NCBI GenBank assembly: GCA_963771885.1
Contig: CAVYVF010000022.1
Location: 192,001-256,000 of the forward strand
Direction: 5' to 3'
Length of the DNA: 64,000 nucleotides
From: Candidatus Bathyarchaeota archaeon
GTDB lineage: Archaea; Thermoproteota; Bathyarchaeia; TCS64
Each line of letters begins with the position of its first letter. Within the stretch, counting starts at the first letter, position 1. The notes under the pieces were generated by a model. The model had not been told where the DNA came from. It did no database searches and was given only the letters and a program-made list of their open reading frames with translations. This document shows, one piece after another, positions 19,697 through 29,513 of the stretch. The position numbers and the translations under genes are program-made.

Positions 19697-21958
19697 ATGC
19701 TTGTGGCGGACCTACCCATCCCCGAGGAGGTTAAACGGCTCCTCGCACTGAAGGGGATAAGGGAGCTGTATCCGCCGCAGGCGGACGCGATTAACACGGG
19801 CGTCTTAGAGGGAAAGAACCTAGTCCTCGCCAGCCCGACGGCGAGCGGGAAGACTCTCATCGCAGAACTCTGCGCCTTGAAACATGTACTTGAGCGCAGG
19901 GGCAAGGTCCTCTACCTAAGTCCCCTACGCGCCCTCGCGTGGGAGAAGTTCGAGGGCTTCGAGGAGTATACGAGCATCGAGAAGCAGGGCGGGGGCAAGA
20001 TGCGTGTGGGTGTAAGCTCGGGTGACCTGGACAGCAAGAGCCCGTGGCTCGAGGGCTACGATATTGTAATCACAACGAACGAAAAGTGCGACTCGCTGCT
20101 CAGGCACAGGAGCGCGTGGATGAGCAATGTGTCGCTCGTCATCGCTGACGAGGTGCACCTGATTGGCGACGAGCGTGGGCCGACGCTTGAGATCGCCATC
20201 GCCCGGCTCCGCCAGATGAACCCCGAGATGCAGGTTCTCGCCCTGAGTGCTACAATAAAAAACGCAGATGAGGTTGCCGAGTGGCTCAAGGCCGAGTGCG
20301 TTACGACGGAGTGGCGCCCAACGAAACTATACGAGGGCGTCGCACACGGGAATACTATAATCTTCCGCGACGGCGCGGTGAAGAAACTCAAGCCCCTCAA
20401 CACGATGGACGCATTGAACATCGCGATGAACAGCGTCCTCGACGGCGGGCAGGCGCTCATATTCGTCGAGTCACGTAAGCGTGCAGAGAGCATGGCGCGC
20501 GAGGCGGCGACAGCTCTGAACGGGACCCAGAGCAGGAAGACGCAGACAGATCTTGACGGGCTCGCCTCAGACATCGAGGTCCACGGAGAGAAGACGAGCC
20601 TCACGGATGCACTGACCTTCGCCGTCGGCAAAGGCGCGTCGTTCCACCACGCCGGGCTCAACACGGAGCACAGGCGCATCGTGGAGCGCGCCTTCAAGGC
20701 GGGCACACTCAAGATACTCACAGCCACTCCCACGCTCGCAGCCGGTGTCAACCTCCCAGCCCGAACCGTCGTCATAGCCAACTACAAGCGCTTCGTCGCT
20801 GGCTACGGCATGTACCCCATCACCGTCCTAGAGTACAAGCAGATGAGCGGACGCGCCGGACGCCCACAATATGACCCATATGGCGAAGCCATACTCATCG
20901 CAAGCAGCAGCGACGAACAGGACCAGTTGATGGAGAACTACATACTCGCCGACCCCGAAAGATTATACAGCCGCCTCGCACAGGAGTCGGCTCTCCGAGG
21001 GCATACGCTTGCCGCGATCGCCAGCGACTACGCCCACACGGAGCAAGGGCTACTCGACTTCCTCGGCGGCACATTCTACGGCTTCAACTACCCGCCAGCG
21101 AGCATCAAGCTCATCACGACGGGCGTCCTCCGCTACCTCGTCAAGGAGCAGATGCTCGAGGAGAAGGGGGACTACATCTACGCGACAGACTTCGGGCGCC
21201 GCGTATCCGAACTCTACATCGACCCCCTCACGGCAGTAGTTCTCCGCAACGGGCTCCGCCGCGGCGCAATGGACGTGACCGACTTCACGTGGCTCCACCT
21301 CATCTGCCACACACCCGACATGAGACCCATCCTCCGCCCCCGCCGCGGCGACCTCGACATGGTCGAGACATACGCCGAGGAGAGGCATGAGGAATTCGCC
21401 ATCCCTGTTAACCAGGAGGGGGGCGACTACATTGAGCGCGAGCAGTTCCTCGGCGAGGTCAAAACCGCCATGGTTCTCAACGACTGGATAACCGAGAAGA
21501 CGGAGGCAGACATCCTCGAGCAGCATGGGGTCCAGCCAGGTGACCGATACTCCGCCGTCCACAACGCAGAGTGGCTTCTCTACAGCGCCCACGAGATCGC
21601 AGACATCGTCGGTGCACCCGACCACAGGCGCCAATTAGGCGAACTGAACGACCGCGTCAAGCACGGCGTCTCCAAGAAGCTGCTCCCGCTTGTACGCCTC
21701 AAGGGAATCGGGCGTATACGCGCCCGTATCTTGTACAACAGTGGGCTCACGGGCATCGCCGAGCTCAAGAAGGCGCCCCTCCAGCGCCTCGTCGCCATCC
21801 CCCTGATCGGCCCTAGACTAGCTAAGGCGATAAAGGAGCAGGTGGGCGGCCTCGTGGAGGAAGGGGAGTGGAAGAGCCTCGATAAGGTGGAGTCGGAGCA
21901 GAAAGCGCTCACTGACTTCGTCGAGGAGAAGTACGAGCCCGAGAAGAGTGAGGATTAA
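19697..21958 (+). CDS. hel308: Ski2-like DNA helicase Hel308/Hjm
   Basis: PTASGKT, DEVH, LSAT, FHHAGL, TPTLAAGVNLPA, QMSGRAGRP, C-terminal HhH (LKGIGRIRAR). Confidence 0.95.
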   Translation: MLVADLPIPEEVKRLLALKGIRELYPPQADAINTGVLEGKNLVLASPTASGKTLIAELCALKHVLERRGKVLYLSPLRALAWEKFEGFEEYTSIEKQGGGKMRVGVSSGDLDSKSPWLEGYDIVITTNEKCDSLLRHRSAWMSNVSLVIADEVHLIGDERGPTLEIAIARLRQMNPEMQVLALSATIKNADEVAEWLKAECVTTEWRPTKLYEGVAHGNTIIFRDGAVKKLKPLNTMDALNIAMNSVLDGGQALIFVESRKRAESMAREAATALNGTQSRKTQTDLDGLASDIEVHGEKTSLTDALTFAVGKGASFHHAGLNTEHRRIVERAFKAGTLKILTATPTLAAGVNLPARTVVIANYKRFVAGYGMYPITVLEYKQMSGRAGRPQYDPYGEAILIASSSDEQDQLMENYILADPERLYSRLAQESALRGHTLAAIASDYAHTEQGLLDFLGGTFYGFNYPPASIKLITTGVLRYLVKEQMLEEKGDYIYATDFGRRVSELYIDPLTAVVLRNGLRRGAMDVTDFTWLHLICHTPDMRPILRPRRGDLDMVETYAEERHEEFAIPVNQEGGDYIEREQFLGEVKTAMVLNDWITEKTEADILEQHGVQPGDRYSAVHNAEWLLYSAHEIADIVGAPDHRRQLGELNDRVKHGVSKKLLPLVRLKGIGRIRARILYNSGLTGIAELKKAPLQRLVAIPLIGPRLAKAIKEQVGGLVEEGEWKSLDKVESEQKALTDFVEEKYEPEKSED

Positions 21959-22029
21959 CATTAATTGCACAGTATCTATTAATTGTAACTGATGTGTCGT
22001 CTTGATAACCCCCTCAGGATTAGCAGAGA

Positions 22030-22400
22030 GGAGTAGCTTGAACAGGTCTTTCATATCGATAAATACTACACAGCCATCATGCGCGACTACAAGCGTAGTA
22101 CACCCATTCTCCTCGCCATGAAGGTGAGGGGAACACGACTCCTTCGTCGGCTACGGTATTGTGGATAAGGTCAAGATGCTGTGGTAAATGTTGCAGGAGG
22201 AGGACCAGCACGGGGCACGGCTGGAACCCGGATTTATCTTCAAGAGACTAACACGATTTCAGAAGCCCTCCTTCCCAATGGCAAGTCGTGCCTCAGTGCT
22301 GACCCGCGAGTGGCGCCTCCCTCAACGGCGCAAGCCAAACTGAAGACCAGGTCGGCTCCATCCTCGAAGCCGTATAGGAGTACGAGGGATAACCTGAAAC
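22030..22400 (+). pseudogene. Decayed remnant of a hypothetical protein gene
   Basis: Protein-like fragments across frames (DSFVGYGIVDKVKMLW*, FIFKRLTRFQKP, EDQVGSILEAV*) interrupted by stops and frameshifts. Confidence 0.4.
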
Positions 22401-22425
22401 ACGCAGCCATCTCCCATCAAAGGGG

Positions 22426-23853
22426 ATGAGCCAACTAGCTGGGCTAATTAGCTGTAGAGGCGAGGATGTAACCCAGCGGCTACTGAGGATATTGGGTTCG
22501 CCGGTTCGCCACGACGCCTACGGCATCGCCACAGCCACGAGCGTCGAGTACAGCCCACAGCCCCTCGCCTTCACTTCACTAAAGGGAAGCGCCGCGGTCG
22601 GCTACAGGCTTCTCAAGGTTCTCCCTACTGATAACCCTCAGCCAATCCATGATAATGATAGGGCAATCGCATTCATCGGCAGGCTAAACGACCCGGAGCC
22701 TAATGCACTCGTTATGGCTGACAAGCTCAGGGGCGGCGCCGAGGAAGGCCTGAGGAAACTTCTAACTGAACACTCGGGTTCATGGGCAGCAGCCGTCACC
22801 GAGGGGGATTCAATAATCTGCGCCCGCGACCCGATAGGAGCCGTACCTCTATACTACGGTAAAGGCCCCGATTTAATCGGCGTCTCCACCGACACAAAGA
22901 CGATAAAACGCCTTGGAATGGAGCCGCGAAGAGTCGCACCGGGTCACATAGTAACGCTTAGCCCCAGAGAAATACTCGACAAAGTAGTTGCCTCACTGGA
23001 GGAGCCGCCACAGATATCAATAAGCCTCAATGAAGCGGTGGACGAACTCGATAGGTTGCTTATTAACGCGACTTCTCGGGCCTGTAAGGGATTACAGTCG
23101 CCAACTCTCGCTTTCTCCGGCGGCATCGACAGCGTGCTCATCGCTCACTACATGCGTCTCGCCGGGTCACACCCAAGACCAATATGTGTAGGCGCACCCG
23201 ATTCAGCCGACTTCCCAGCCGCGGAGAAAGCTGCCGACGCCCTCGGGCTCCCACTCAGCATCAAGACCTTCACGGAGAACGACATCGAAGAGTACCTCAA
23301 AGCAATCCTAGCTAGCGTCGAGGAGGCGGACCCAATGAAGGTCAGCGTCGCGGTGCCATTATACTACGTTGCGCAAGAGGCAACTTCGAGGCCTTGCAGA
23401 GCGATCTTCACCGGAAATGGTAGTGATGAACTCTTCGGCGGCTACGCCAAGTACGTCGACGAGTACCAGAAGCCCAGCGAAGGTATAAAAGCGATGATGT
23501 TCAGCGATGTAGCTCGCTCATACGAGGTGAACTTGGAGCGGGACTGGAAGGTCTGCTCTGACCTCGGATTTGAGCTCAGGCTTCCCTACACTGATCCTGA
23601 TATTACCCGGTTTGCTCTGAGCCTCCCGCTCAAGCACAAGCTGCCAGTGACCGGGCGTGAACCACGGAAGATCATACTCAGGCAGCTGGCTAAGAGGCTT
23701 GGGCTTCCTGACGAGATCGCCGCGAAGCCGAAGAAGGCGGCGCAGTACTCCTCCGGCTCGGGTAAGATCATTGAGAAACTGGCGAGGAAATGTGGTAAAA
23801 CCACCGAGGGATACCTCGCTGAGAAACTTCTTAGGGTGACGAGCGGTGAATAA
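22426..23853 (+). CDS. Asparagine synthetase B-like protein (no N-terminal catalytic Cys)
   Basis: ARDPIGAVPLYY, AFSGGIDS PP-loop, TGNGSDELFGGY, ELRLPY, KIILRQLA, PKKAAQYSSG. Confidence 0.85.
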   Translation: MSQLAGLISCRGEDVTQRLLRILGSPVRHDAYGIATATSVEYSPQPLAFTSLKGSAAVGYRLLKVLPTDNPQPIHDNDRAIAFIGRLNDPEPNALVMADKLRGGAEEGLRKLLTEHSGSWAAAVTEGDSIICARDPIGAVPLYYGKGPDLIGVSTDTKTIKRLGMEPRRVAPGHIVTLSPREILDKVVASLEEPPQISISLNEAVDELDRLLINATSRACKGLQSPTLAFSGGIDSVLIAHYMRLAGSHPRPICVGAPDSADFPAAEKAADALGLPLSIKTFTENDIEEYLKAILASVEEADPMKVSVAVPLYYVAQEATSRPCRAIFTGNGSDELFGGYAKYVDEYQKPSEGIKAMMFSDVARSYEVNLERDWKVCSDLGFELRLPYTDPDITRFALSLPLKHKLPVTGREPRKIILRQLAKRLGLPDEIAAKPKKAAQYSSGSGKIIEKLARKCGKTTEGYLAEKLLRVTSGE

Positions 23854-24469
23854 GGCGGAGAATGCGTTAGCTAAGCTTAAGGCATACTACGGTGAGGATG
23901 CCTTCATCGTCGAGATGGAGGATCCCTTTCGAGCCCTCATAGGCTGTATACTCTCGCAGAGGACACGCGACGAGAACGCGTCAAAGGCCGCAAACGCTTT
24001 ATTCGCAGTAGCCTCCACGGCAGAGCAGATACTTGTCCTCGACCCTGAGAGCCTCAAGAGGCTCATACGTCCATCGGGATACTATAACCAGAAAGCTAGG
24101 TACATATTAGGCGCTTGCAGGGCGATCACCGAGAGATTCGAGGGAGAGACACCTAGAACACGGGAGGAGCTGCTGTCGCTCCCCGGCGTCGGTCCAAAGA
24201 CAGCTGACATAGTGCTGAGCTACGGCTACGGCGAAGCTGCGATCGCCGTCGACACGCACATACATCGGACCTCGAAGAGGCTTGGGCTAGCCCCGAAAAA
24301 ATCCAAGCCCACAGAGGCGAAGGAGGCGCTCGAATCAGCGCTCCCACGTGGCGACTGGACATACGCTGACGGTGCGCTGCTCCAGCTCGGGAAAGATTAT
24401 TGCAGACCGAAAAAGCCAAGATGCGGCGAATGCCCGCTCGGGGAATATTGTAACGAGAAAAGGGTTTAA
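23846..24469 (+). CDS. nth: Endonuclease III
   Basis: ILSQRT, LPGVGPKTA HhH motif, AVDTH, 4Fe-4S motif CRPKKPRCGECPLGEYC. Confidence 0.95.
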   Translation: MNKAENALAKLKAYYGEDAFIVEMEDPFRALIGCILSQRTRDENASKAANALFAVASTAEQILVLDPESLKRLIRPSGYYNQKARYILGACRAITERFEGETPRTREELLSLPGVGPKTADIVLSYGYGEAAIAVDTHIHRTSKRLGLAPKKSKPTEAKEALESALPRGDWTYADGALLQLGKDYCRPKKPRCGECPLGEYCNEKRV

Positions 24470-25680
24470 CGGAGTCCTACATGGCCGTCCGCGAGCGCCG
24501 TGCAGAACTCGTCGAGGTGGTCGAACTCGTCCGATATGATCTCGTTGATGCTGGACTCGAGGCTCTTCATAGATACTCCGTTCTGTGGGATGACCTGAGC
24601 CGAGACGACGCTCGGCTCGTTAATCGGGCGGCCAATCCTACTCAGGAGCCAGACGTACGTCTCATCGACGCCGTTAACCTCGGCGACAATCCTGTCGGCT
24701 ATCCTATAACAGAGCATGTTGTAGATCTTGCCGACGTGGCTGACTGGGTTCTTGCCAGCCGCTGCCTCGCTGCTCATGGGACGGAGGAGCGCGATGACGC
24801 CACGGACATTGTTACCCCTCCCGACCTGGCCCGAGTCACCCGCCTCGGCTGATGTGCCGAGCACCGTCAGATAGAGCCCGTCCATACCTCTTCCACGAAC
24901 GTCGAGGGCGTTAAGGCTCACGTTGACCTCCTCGAAGCCCCCCTTGGCGTCAATCCATGTGTTAATAGAGTCAAAAATCTCGTCTTTGCGCTTGAAATAG
25001 TCATCCTCACTCTTGATGAAGCGGTCAACCATCGCCATAGCAACGGTCAGGTCGACCTTTTTCCCCCTTCGGAGAGCCATTATCTTAATGTCCTCACCGG
25101 CCTCCGGGTGCTCCTTCTTGTATTCCTTCGAGTTCAGGTACTTTTCCAGGCCGAGGATTAGTTTCTCCTGCTCCGTATAAGGCGCGAAACCCACAGCGGC
25201 GCTAGTGTCGTTTGCACCGAGGTACTCCCCCTTTTTCTTCCTGCTGAAGATGTCCTGTAGCGCTGCGGAGCCAGGCTTAATCTCGCTCTGAAACTTGAGG
25301 TGTACCTCAGGGTCGACGAATCTAAGGTTCTTCTTGAACCACGCTTTGGTGCTCTTCTCGGCAATCTCGTTGACGGGGACTTCCTCGTCTCCTATCTTGA
25401 AGGTAGCGCGGTCGCCGTAGACGATGAGTATCGGTTTATTCACTTTGCCTCCACCGAAGTTCACTGAGGTCTCGCCCGCTGCGATGAGTCCTTTGTCCAT
25501 GTTGTGGTGGTAGATGTTCCCAAACCTCTTCATGTACTCGGTTGAAAGATCGACGCTGATTTGGTTCATGATGTTATCGCACATCGTGTCAGGGTGCCCC
25601 AGACCTTTCCTCTCCGTGATCTCGAGGGACCTATTCTGGAGCGGGACCTGACTAAGCTCGTTGATGAAGACATTGTTCAA
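24466..25680 (-). CDS. mat: Archaeal-type methionine adenosyltransferase
   Basis: ERKGLGHPDT, ANDTS, GEDIKIM, GDSGQVGRGN, AGKNPVSHVGKIYN. Confidence 0.96.
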   Translation of the reverse strand: MNNVFINELSQVPLQNRSLEITERKGLGHPDTMCDNIMNQISVDLSTEYMKRFGNIYHHNMDKGLIAAGETSVNFGGGKVNKPILIVYGDRATFKIGDEEVPVNEIAEKSTKAWFKKNLRFVDPEVHLKFQSEIKPGSAALQDIFSRKKKGEYLGANDTSAAVGFAPYTEQEKLILGLEKYLNSKEYKKEHPEAGEDIKIMALRRGKKVDLTVAMAMVDRFIKSEDDYFKRKDEIFDSINTWIDAKGGFEEVNVSLNALDVRGRGMDGLYLTVLGTSAEAGDSGQVGRGNNVRGVIALLRPMSSEAAAGKNPVSHVGKIYNMLCYRIADRIVAEVNGVDETYVWLLSRIGRPINEPSVVSAQVIPQNGVSMKSLESSINEIISDEFDHLDEFCTALADGHVGLR

Positions 25681-25890
25681 CGCTTTTACCTACCCTATAA
25701 GGCAAGTTATTCCCAACCTGCCTTTTTAACCGTTCCCCATATTCTCAGAGGGTTAATAGGGAGGTTTTGAAAGAAATATGCGCGCGTGGCATAAAAAAAC
25801 GAATGAGTAGGTAGAAACCTGACACCCAGTTCCAGAGAAAAGAAAGGCTAATAACATAATACTCCGTCACATAATCGAGAGGAAAACGAT

Positions 25891-26172
25891 TTGAATGATA
25901 AGTCACTCGGCTACGCGATCATGATCATAACTGCGCTGATAATGATCTGCTACTTTGTATGGTCATTCGCCCCATTCCTAGGAACTATGTTCGCATGGCT
26001 CGCGCCATTCACCGAGTGGGCATACAAGCTACCGATTATTGCGGCGGTTTACATGGTCCTCTTTATAGTGCTCTGGATCGGCTATACGATGGCTACTACG
26101 CCGCCCCCGATACCCCTCGACAACCCCCTCGATCTTGAGAGAGAGGGAGAAGAGAAGACCGAGGATAAGTAG
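25891..26172 (+). CDS. Small two-TM conserved membrane protein (DPM2-like pattern)
   Basis: Two hydrophobic helices and a WIGYTMATTPPP tail; see findings. Confidence 0.75.
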   Translation: MNDKSLGYAIMIITALIMICYFVWSFAPFLGTMFAWLAPFTEWAYKLPIIAAVYMVLFIVLWIGYTMATTPPPIPLDNPLDLEREGEEKTEDK

Positions 26173-27019
26173 TCAGATTATCTTCGCGTCTATCCTTATT
26201 TTCCACGCAGAGGGGCTGTACTGGGACACCCGTACACGTCTCCAGCACATCCATTCTCCTCCCAAAGACATCTACAGCTTCTGCGAGTATACGTTCCCCC
26301 TCGGAGAAGGGATCATCTCGAGATGCCCAGTGGTAGAAGTGTAGTGTACCCCCGGGCTTTACCATCGGTATGGCGACATCGAGGAACTCGAAGGCACCCT
26401 TTGGCAAAGGCATGAGAACCCTATCAAACGTCTCACCTAGCGTAGGGCATACAACTCGGACATCGCCCTGAATGGCTTTGACTCTGTCAGCCACCTTATT
26501 TAAGCGAATATTCTCGAGACAATATGCATGGCCATCCGGGTTCAGCTCAACGGCGACACAGCGGGACTCGGGCTGCCTCTTCGCTATGCAGATGGCGAAG
26601 GGCCCGACACCGCTGAACATCACGAGCACATCCTCGCCGGGGGAGACCTTCGTGGATACCTTCTCCCTCTCCGTCGACTCCCTAGGCGAGAAGTAGGCCT
26701 TTCTCGGGTTGACCTTGAAGACGCAGCCAGACTCCTTGTGCAGTACCTCGGTATTTGGATCACCGGCTAGAAGCACCATATCACGGACGCGGAACTCACC
26801 CCTCCGCTCAGTGCCTTTCGAGAGGACGCTCTGGACGCTCCGTTGAACCCTCATCAGGGCCTCGCCGATCTGCAACCCATAGGGCTCAAGCTCCTCAGGA
26901 ACCTCGATGACCGCGACGGCCCTCCCCTTGGAGCCTATGACGTCGAATGAACGCGACACAAGCGGGAGGAGATGATCGGGGATGACCCCGGAAAGCTCTC
27001 CGCGGATATCCCGTTTCAT
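26173..27019 (-). CDS. Trm5/Tyw2-family SAM-dependent tRNA-modifying transferase (C-terminal indel near 26240)
   Basis: SFDVIG, HKESGC, YFSPR, MFSGVGPF, ELNP, DRVLMPLP, LHFY. The shifted frame gives the natural end RVSQYSPSAWKIRIDAKII* at 26173. Confidence 0.88.
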
Positions 27020-27040
27020 AACCAAGCCTGCGCCTGGAGC

Positions 27041-27332
27041 CTAATAGATGCTCCTGTCACCGGCCTTCTTGGCCAGCTTGCCCTTCGCCCTCATCTCGGG
27101 GAGCCTGAAGTTTTCCGGCTCGGAGTCCTCACGAGTCTTCCTCTTTGATCGTGAACCCGCATACACCATTCTCGAGCAGTTGCCTCTTGTAGCAGACGGC
27201 GTAAGTGCACTTCGTAGGCTCGCATTCCGCCTCCGTCCACTGGCACCACGTAACCTTGCCGCGGAAGGACATCGCTCTTTTGGTACACGTAAAATCTCGA
27301 CACCTAGAGTCACAAAGTTTAGATTCTGACAA
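27041..27332 (-). CDS. Cys-rich (8 Cys) small protein, putative Zn-binding (one indel near 27145)
   Basis: C7,C11,C16,C30,C37,C42,C47,C58. Removing one A continues the protein as KRKTREDSEPENF...AGDRSIY* (about 96 aa). Confidence 0.72.
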
Positions 27333-27618
27333 AATGGTTACCCCAAACTTAGGCTAGATAACCTTTAGTAATTTGAAACCTTGGTAGCAAGATATAAACT
27401 TTGAGTCGTATTAGGAAAAGTGCCCGTGAAAAATGATTATATTTTTATTATAATTAATAAATAAACTAACTAATATCTCGTATTAAAGATACAAGCAATT
27501 TAGCTGAAATTGATGTGGATTCTTTAATACAGTAGGGGATTGAATTCATTATTTAACCACTTATAAATTGATTTAAATAGAAAGAGTTCTTAGTAACTGA
27601 TCATCCTATAATCCAACC

Positions 27619-28119
27619 TTGATGACTGTACATAAATTTGACAGGGATGCCAATGTGAGCTACGCCACGCTGATGCGTGAAGCGTTTGAAGCGGCGGTAA
27701 AACTTGCTAGGACCATTGAGCGGGAACTTGGAGTGGAGAGGGCACATGAGATACTATACACGAGCCGGGTCGAGGGGGACCTCGCGATGGTCGCCAAGCA
27801 GATGGAGGGAGAGCCACCCATAAAGACCTTCGCCGAGTTCAAGAAGCTCATGAAGGGGCTACACGAAAACCAATTCGCCAAGAACCTGTTCACGATCACC
27901 TACCCGGTCGACAACGACCACGAGGTCGAGTTCAGGACCACTGAGTGCATATTGGCCAAGGTCTTCAGGGAGATGGGCGCCGAGGACCTCGGAGAGATAA
28001 TGTGCTGCAAGCCCGACTTCGACACGACCCCGGCTTACTGCAAGCGGGTGAGCCTGAAGAGGACCAAGTCCCTGATGAAGGGGGACGCCTACTGCGACAC
28101 GAAGTACTGCTGGAAGTAA
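27619..28119 (+). CDS. L-2-amino-thiazoline-4-carboxylic acid hydrolase-like protein
   Basis: TECILAKVFREMG...MCCKPD...LKRTKSLMKGDAYCD signature; preceded by an AT-rich spacer. Confidence 0.8.
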   Translation: MMTVHKFDRDANVSYATLMREAFEAAVKLARTIERELGVERAHEILYTSRVEGDLAMVAKQMEGEPPIKTFAEFKKLMKGLHENQFAKNLFTITYPVDNDHEVEFRTTECILAKVFREMGAEDLGEIMCCKPDFDTTPAYCKRVSLKRTKSLMKGDAYCDTKYCWK

Positions 28120-28120
28120 A

Positions 28121-28739
28121 TTAGTCTTCCTCGTCTTCCTCAGCTTTGGGCTTGGCGCCTCGGCGTCGCTCTTCTTACCGAAGCTGACGATGAGGTCTAC
28201 TAGCTGCTTCTGGTCGACCTCGGCGCGGCTCCTCCAGTCCATGTAGAGGACGCCCTTGTCGTCCTCGCCTAGGTAGCCCTGCTGAGATGTAGCGGTCGAT
28301 GCTCATCTTGACGCGCCAGCCGGGGAGCTTCTCCTGAAGGATCTTCTCGACATCGGTGCGGGGCGCCTTGCCCTGCTTGCTGATTATGTATGCAATGGCG
28401 ACTGCGAGGCCTGCGATGTCGTCGACGCGCCACCCGATGGTTTTCGCCGCCTTCTGGTCGATGCTGCCACGCATCGTGATGTAGTAGCGGGCGTCCGCGA
28501 GCTGGGTCTGGTCGGGGTCGATGATGTTCGGGTCGTCGAGCACCCGCGTGACCTGTAGGTCGAGGGTCTGGAGCTGCTTGTCGAGCACCTCTAAGACGTT
28601 CTGCCAGTCGGGGCCGAGCTCCTGGCGTAGCTCCCAGCCCGCTTACGCCGGGTAGCCTGTGGTGCTGGAAGAACAGCAGATGGACCGCGTCCTTTAACTT
28701 CCGGGCGTAGCCGGCCTCTGCTCTTACCCTTTTCGCCAT
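28121..28739 (-). CDS. KITE-like (tandem winged-helix) SMC accessory subunit, rebuilt across about 3 indels
   Basis: Joined frames: MAKRVRAEAGYARKLKDAVHLLFFQHHRLPGV-GWELRQELGPDWQNVLEVLDKQLQTLDLQV...IDRYISAG-YLGEDDKGVLYMDWRSRAEVD...AEEDEED*. Third gene of the SMC operon. Confidence 0.62.
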
Positions 28740-29513
28740 CTTTTCCACTCCTCGTAGTCGACCAGCGTGGGGATGCTGACCTTCTGCTTGCCCCGGGTCG
28801 GGGCGTGGCTCCCGGTTGTGCGTTATCTGACGTTCTCCCCGAAGCCTGTCGGCCTCGATGTTGGCGTAGCCGTAGCTGACCATGAAGACGGTGAGGTAGG
28901 CGCGCTTGACTGTCTCCTCGTATGTGTCGGCGCCTATCCAGTCCAGTAATCGATAGTGCCACCCTTGCCGACGCGTGCGTCCGAGCTCGCATCCAGAAGC
29001 CCTCGATGATGTCGGCGAAGCCCTCCTCGGGGAGATAGCCGAGGGCGCGCGCCTCCTCCATGCGTGGCGGTGCCCGCGTCGACCATCTCGACGTTCGACT
29101 CCTTCCACCTCTCCGCGAGGGGGATGAGGTCGGCCCAGTAGCCGAGGCTCCCCGCCAGCGTCTTCGCGGAGAGCTGCTCCATCTGCACCATCGGGTGCCA
29201 GCTCCTGAGGAAGCTGTCCGCGATGGCGCTGATGTCCATCTTCAGTGATCTGCTGGTTGAGGAGGAACGGGTCCTTGTAGAGGGTAGTGCTCTGGTGCTG
29301 TATCCAGTCGTTCTGGCTCTGAAGCACCTCGCTCAGCCCTTTGATGGCCGCGGCGTCGGTGCAGAAGTCCTGTAGGTTATCGGTCTCGGGGTAGTAGCGG
29401 CGTATGACCTCTAGCATGTAGTCGATGTCGACAGCGAAGGGCTCGACGCTCCCCGCCTGAACGGCGCGGCAGAGGCTTATGACGCCTTCGAGCTCGTCCC
29501 GCTTCTTGCTCAA
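28724..29513 (-). CDS. Kleisin (ScpA/Nse4)-like protein, rebuilt across several indels
   Basis: N-terminal GSVEPFAVDIDYMLE resembles ScpA IDPWDIDI. C-terminal [34 protein letters not shown] resembles the kleisin C-terminal winged helix. Directly follows the SMC gene. Confidence 0.62.
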
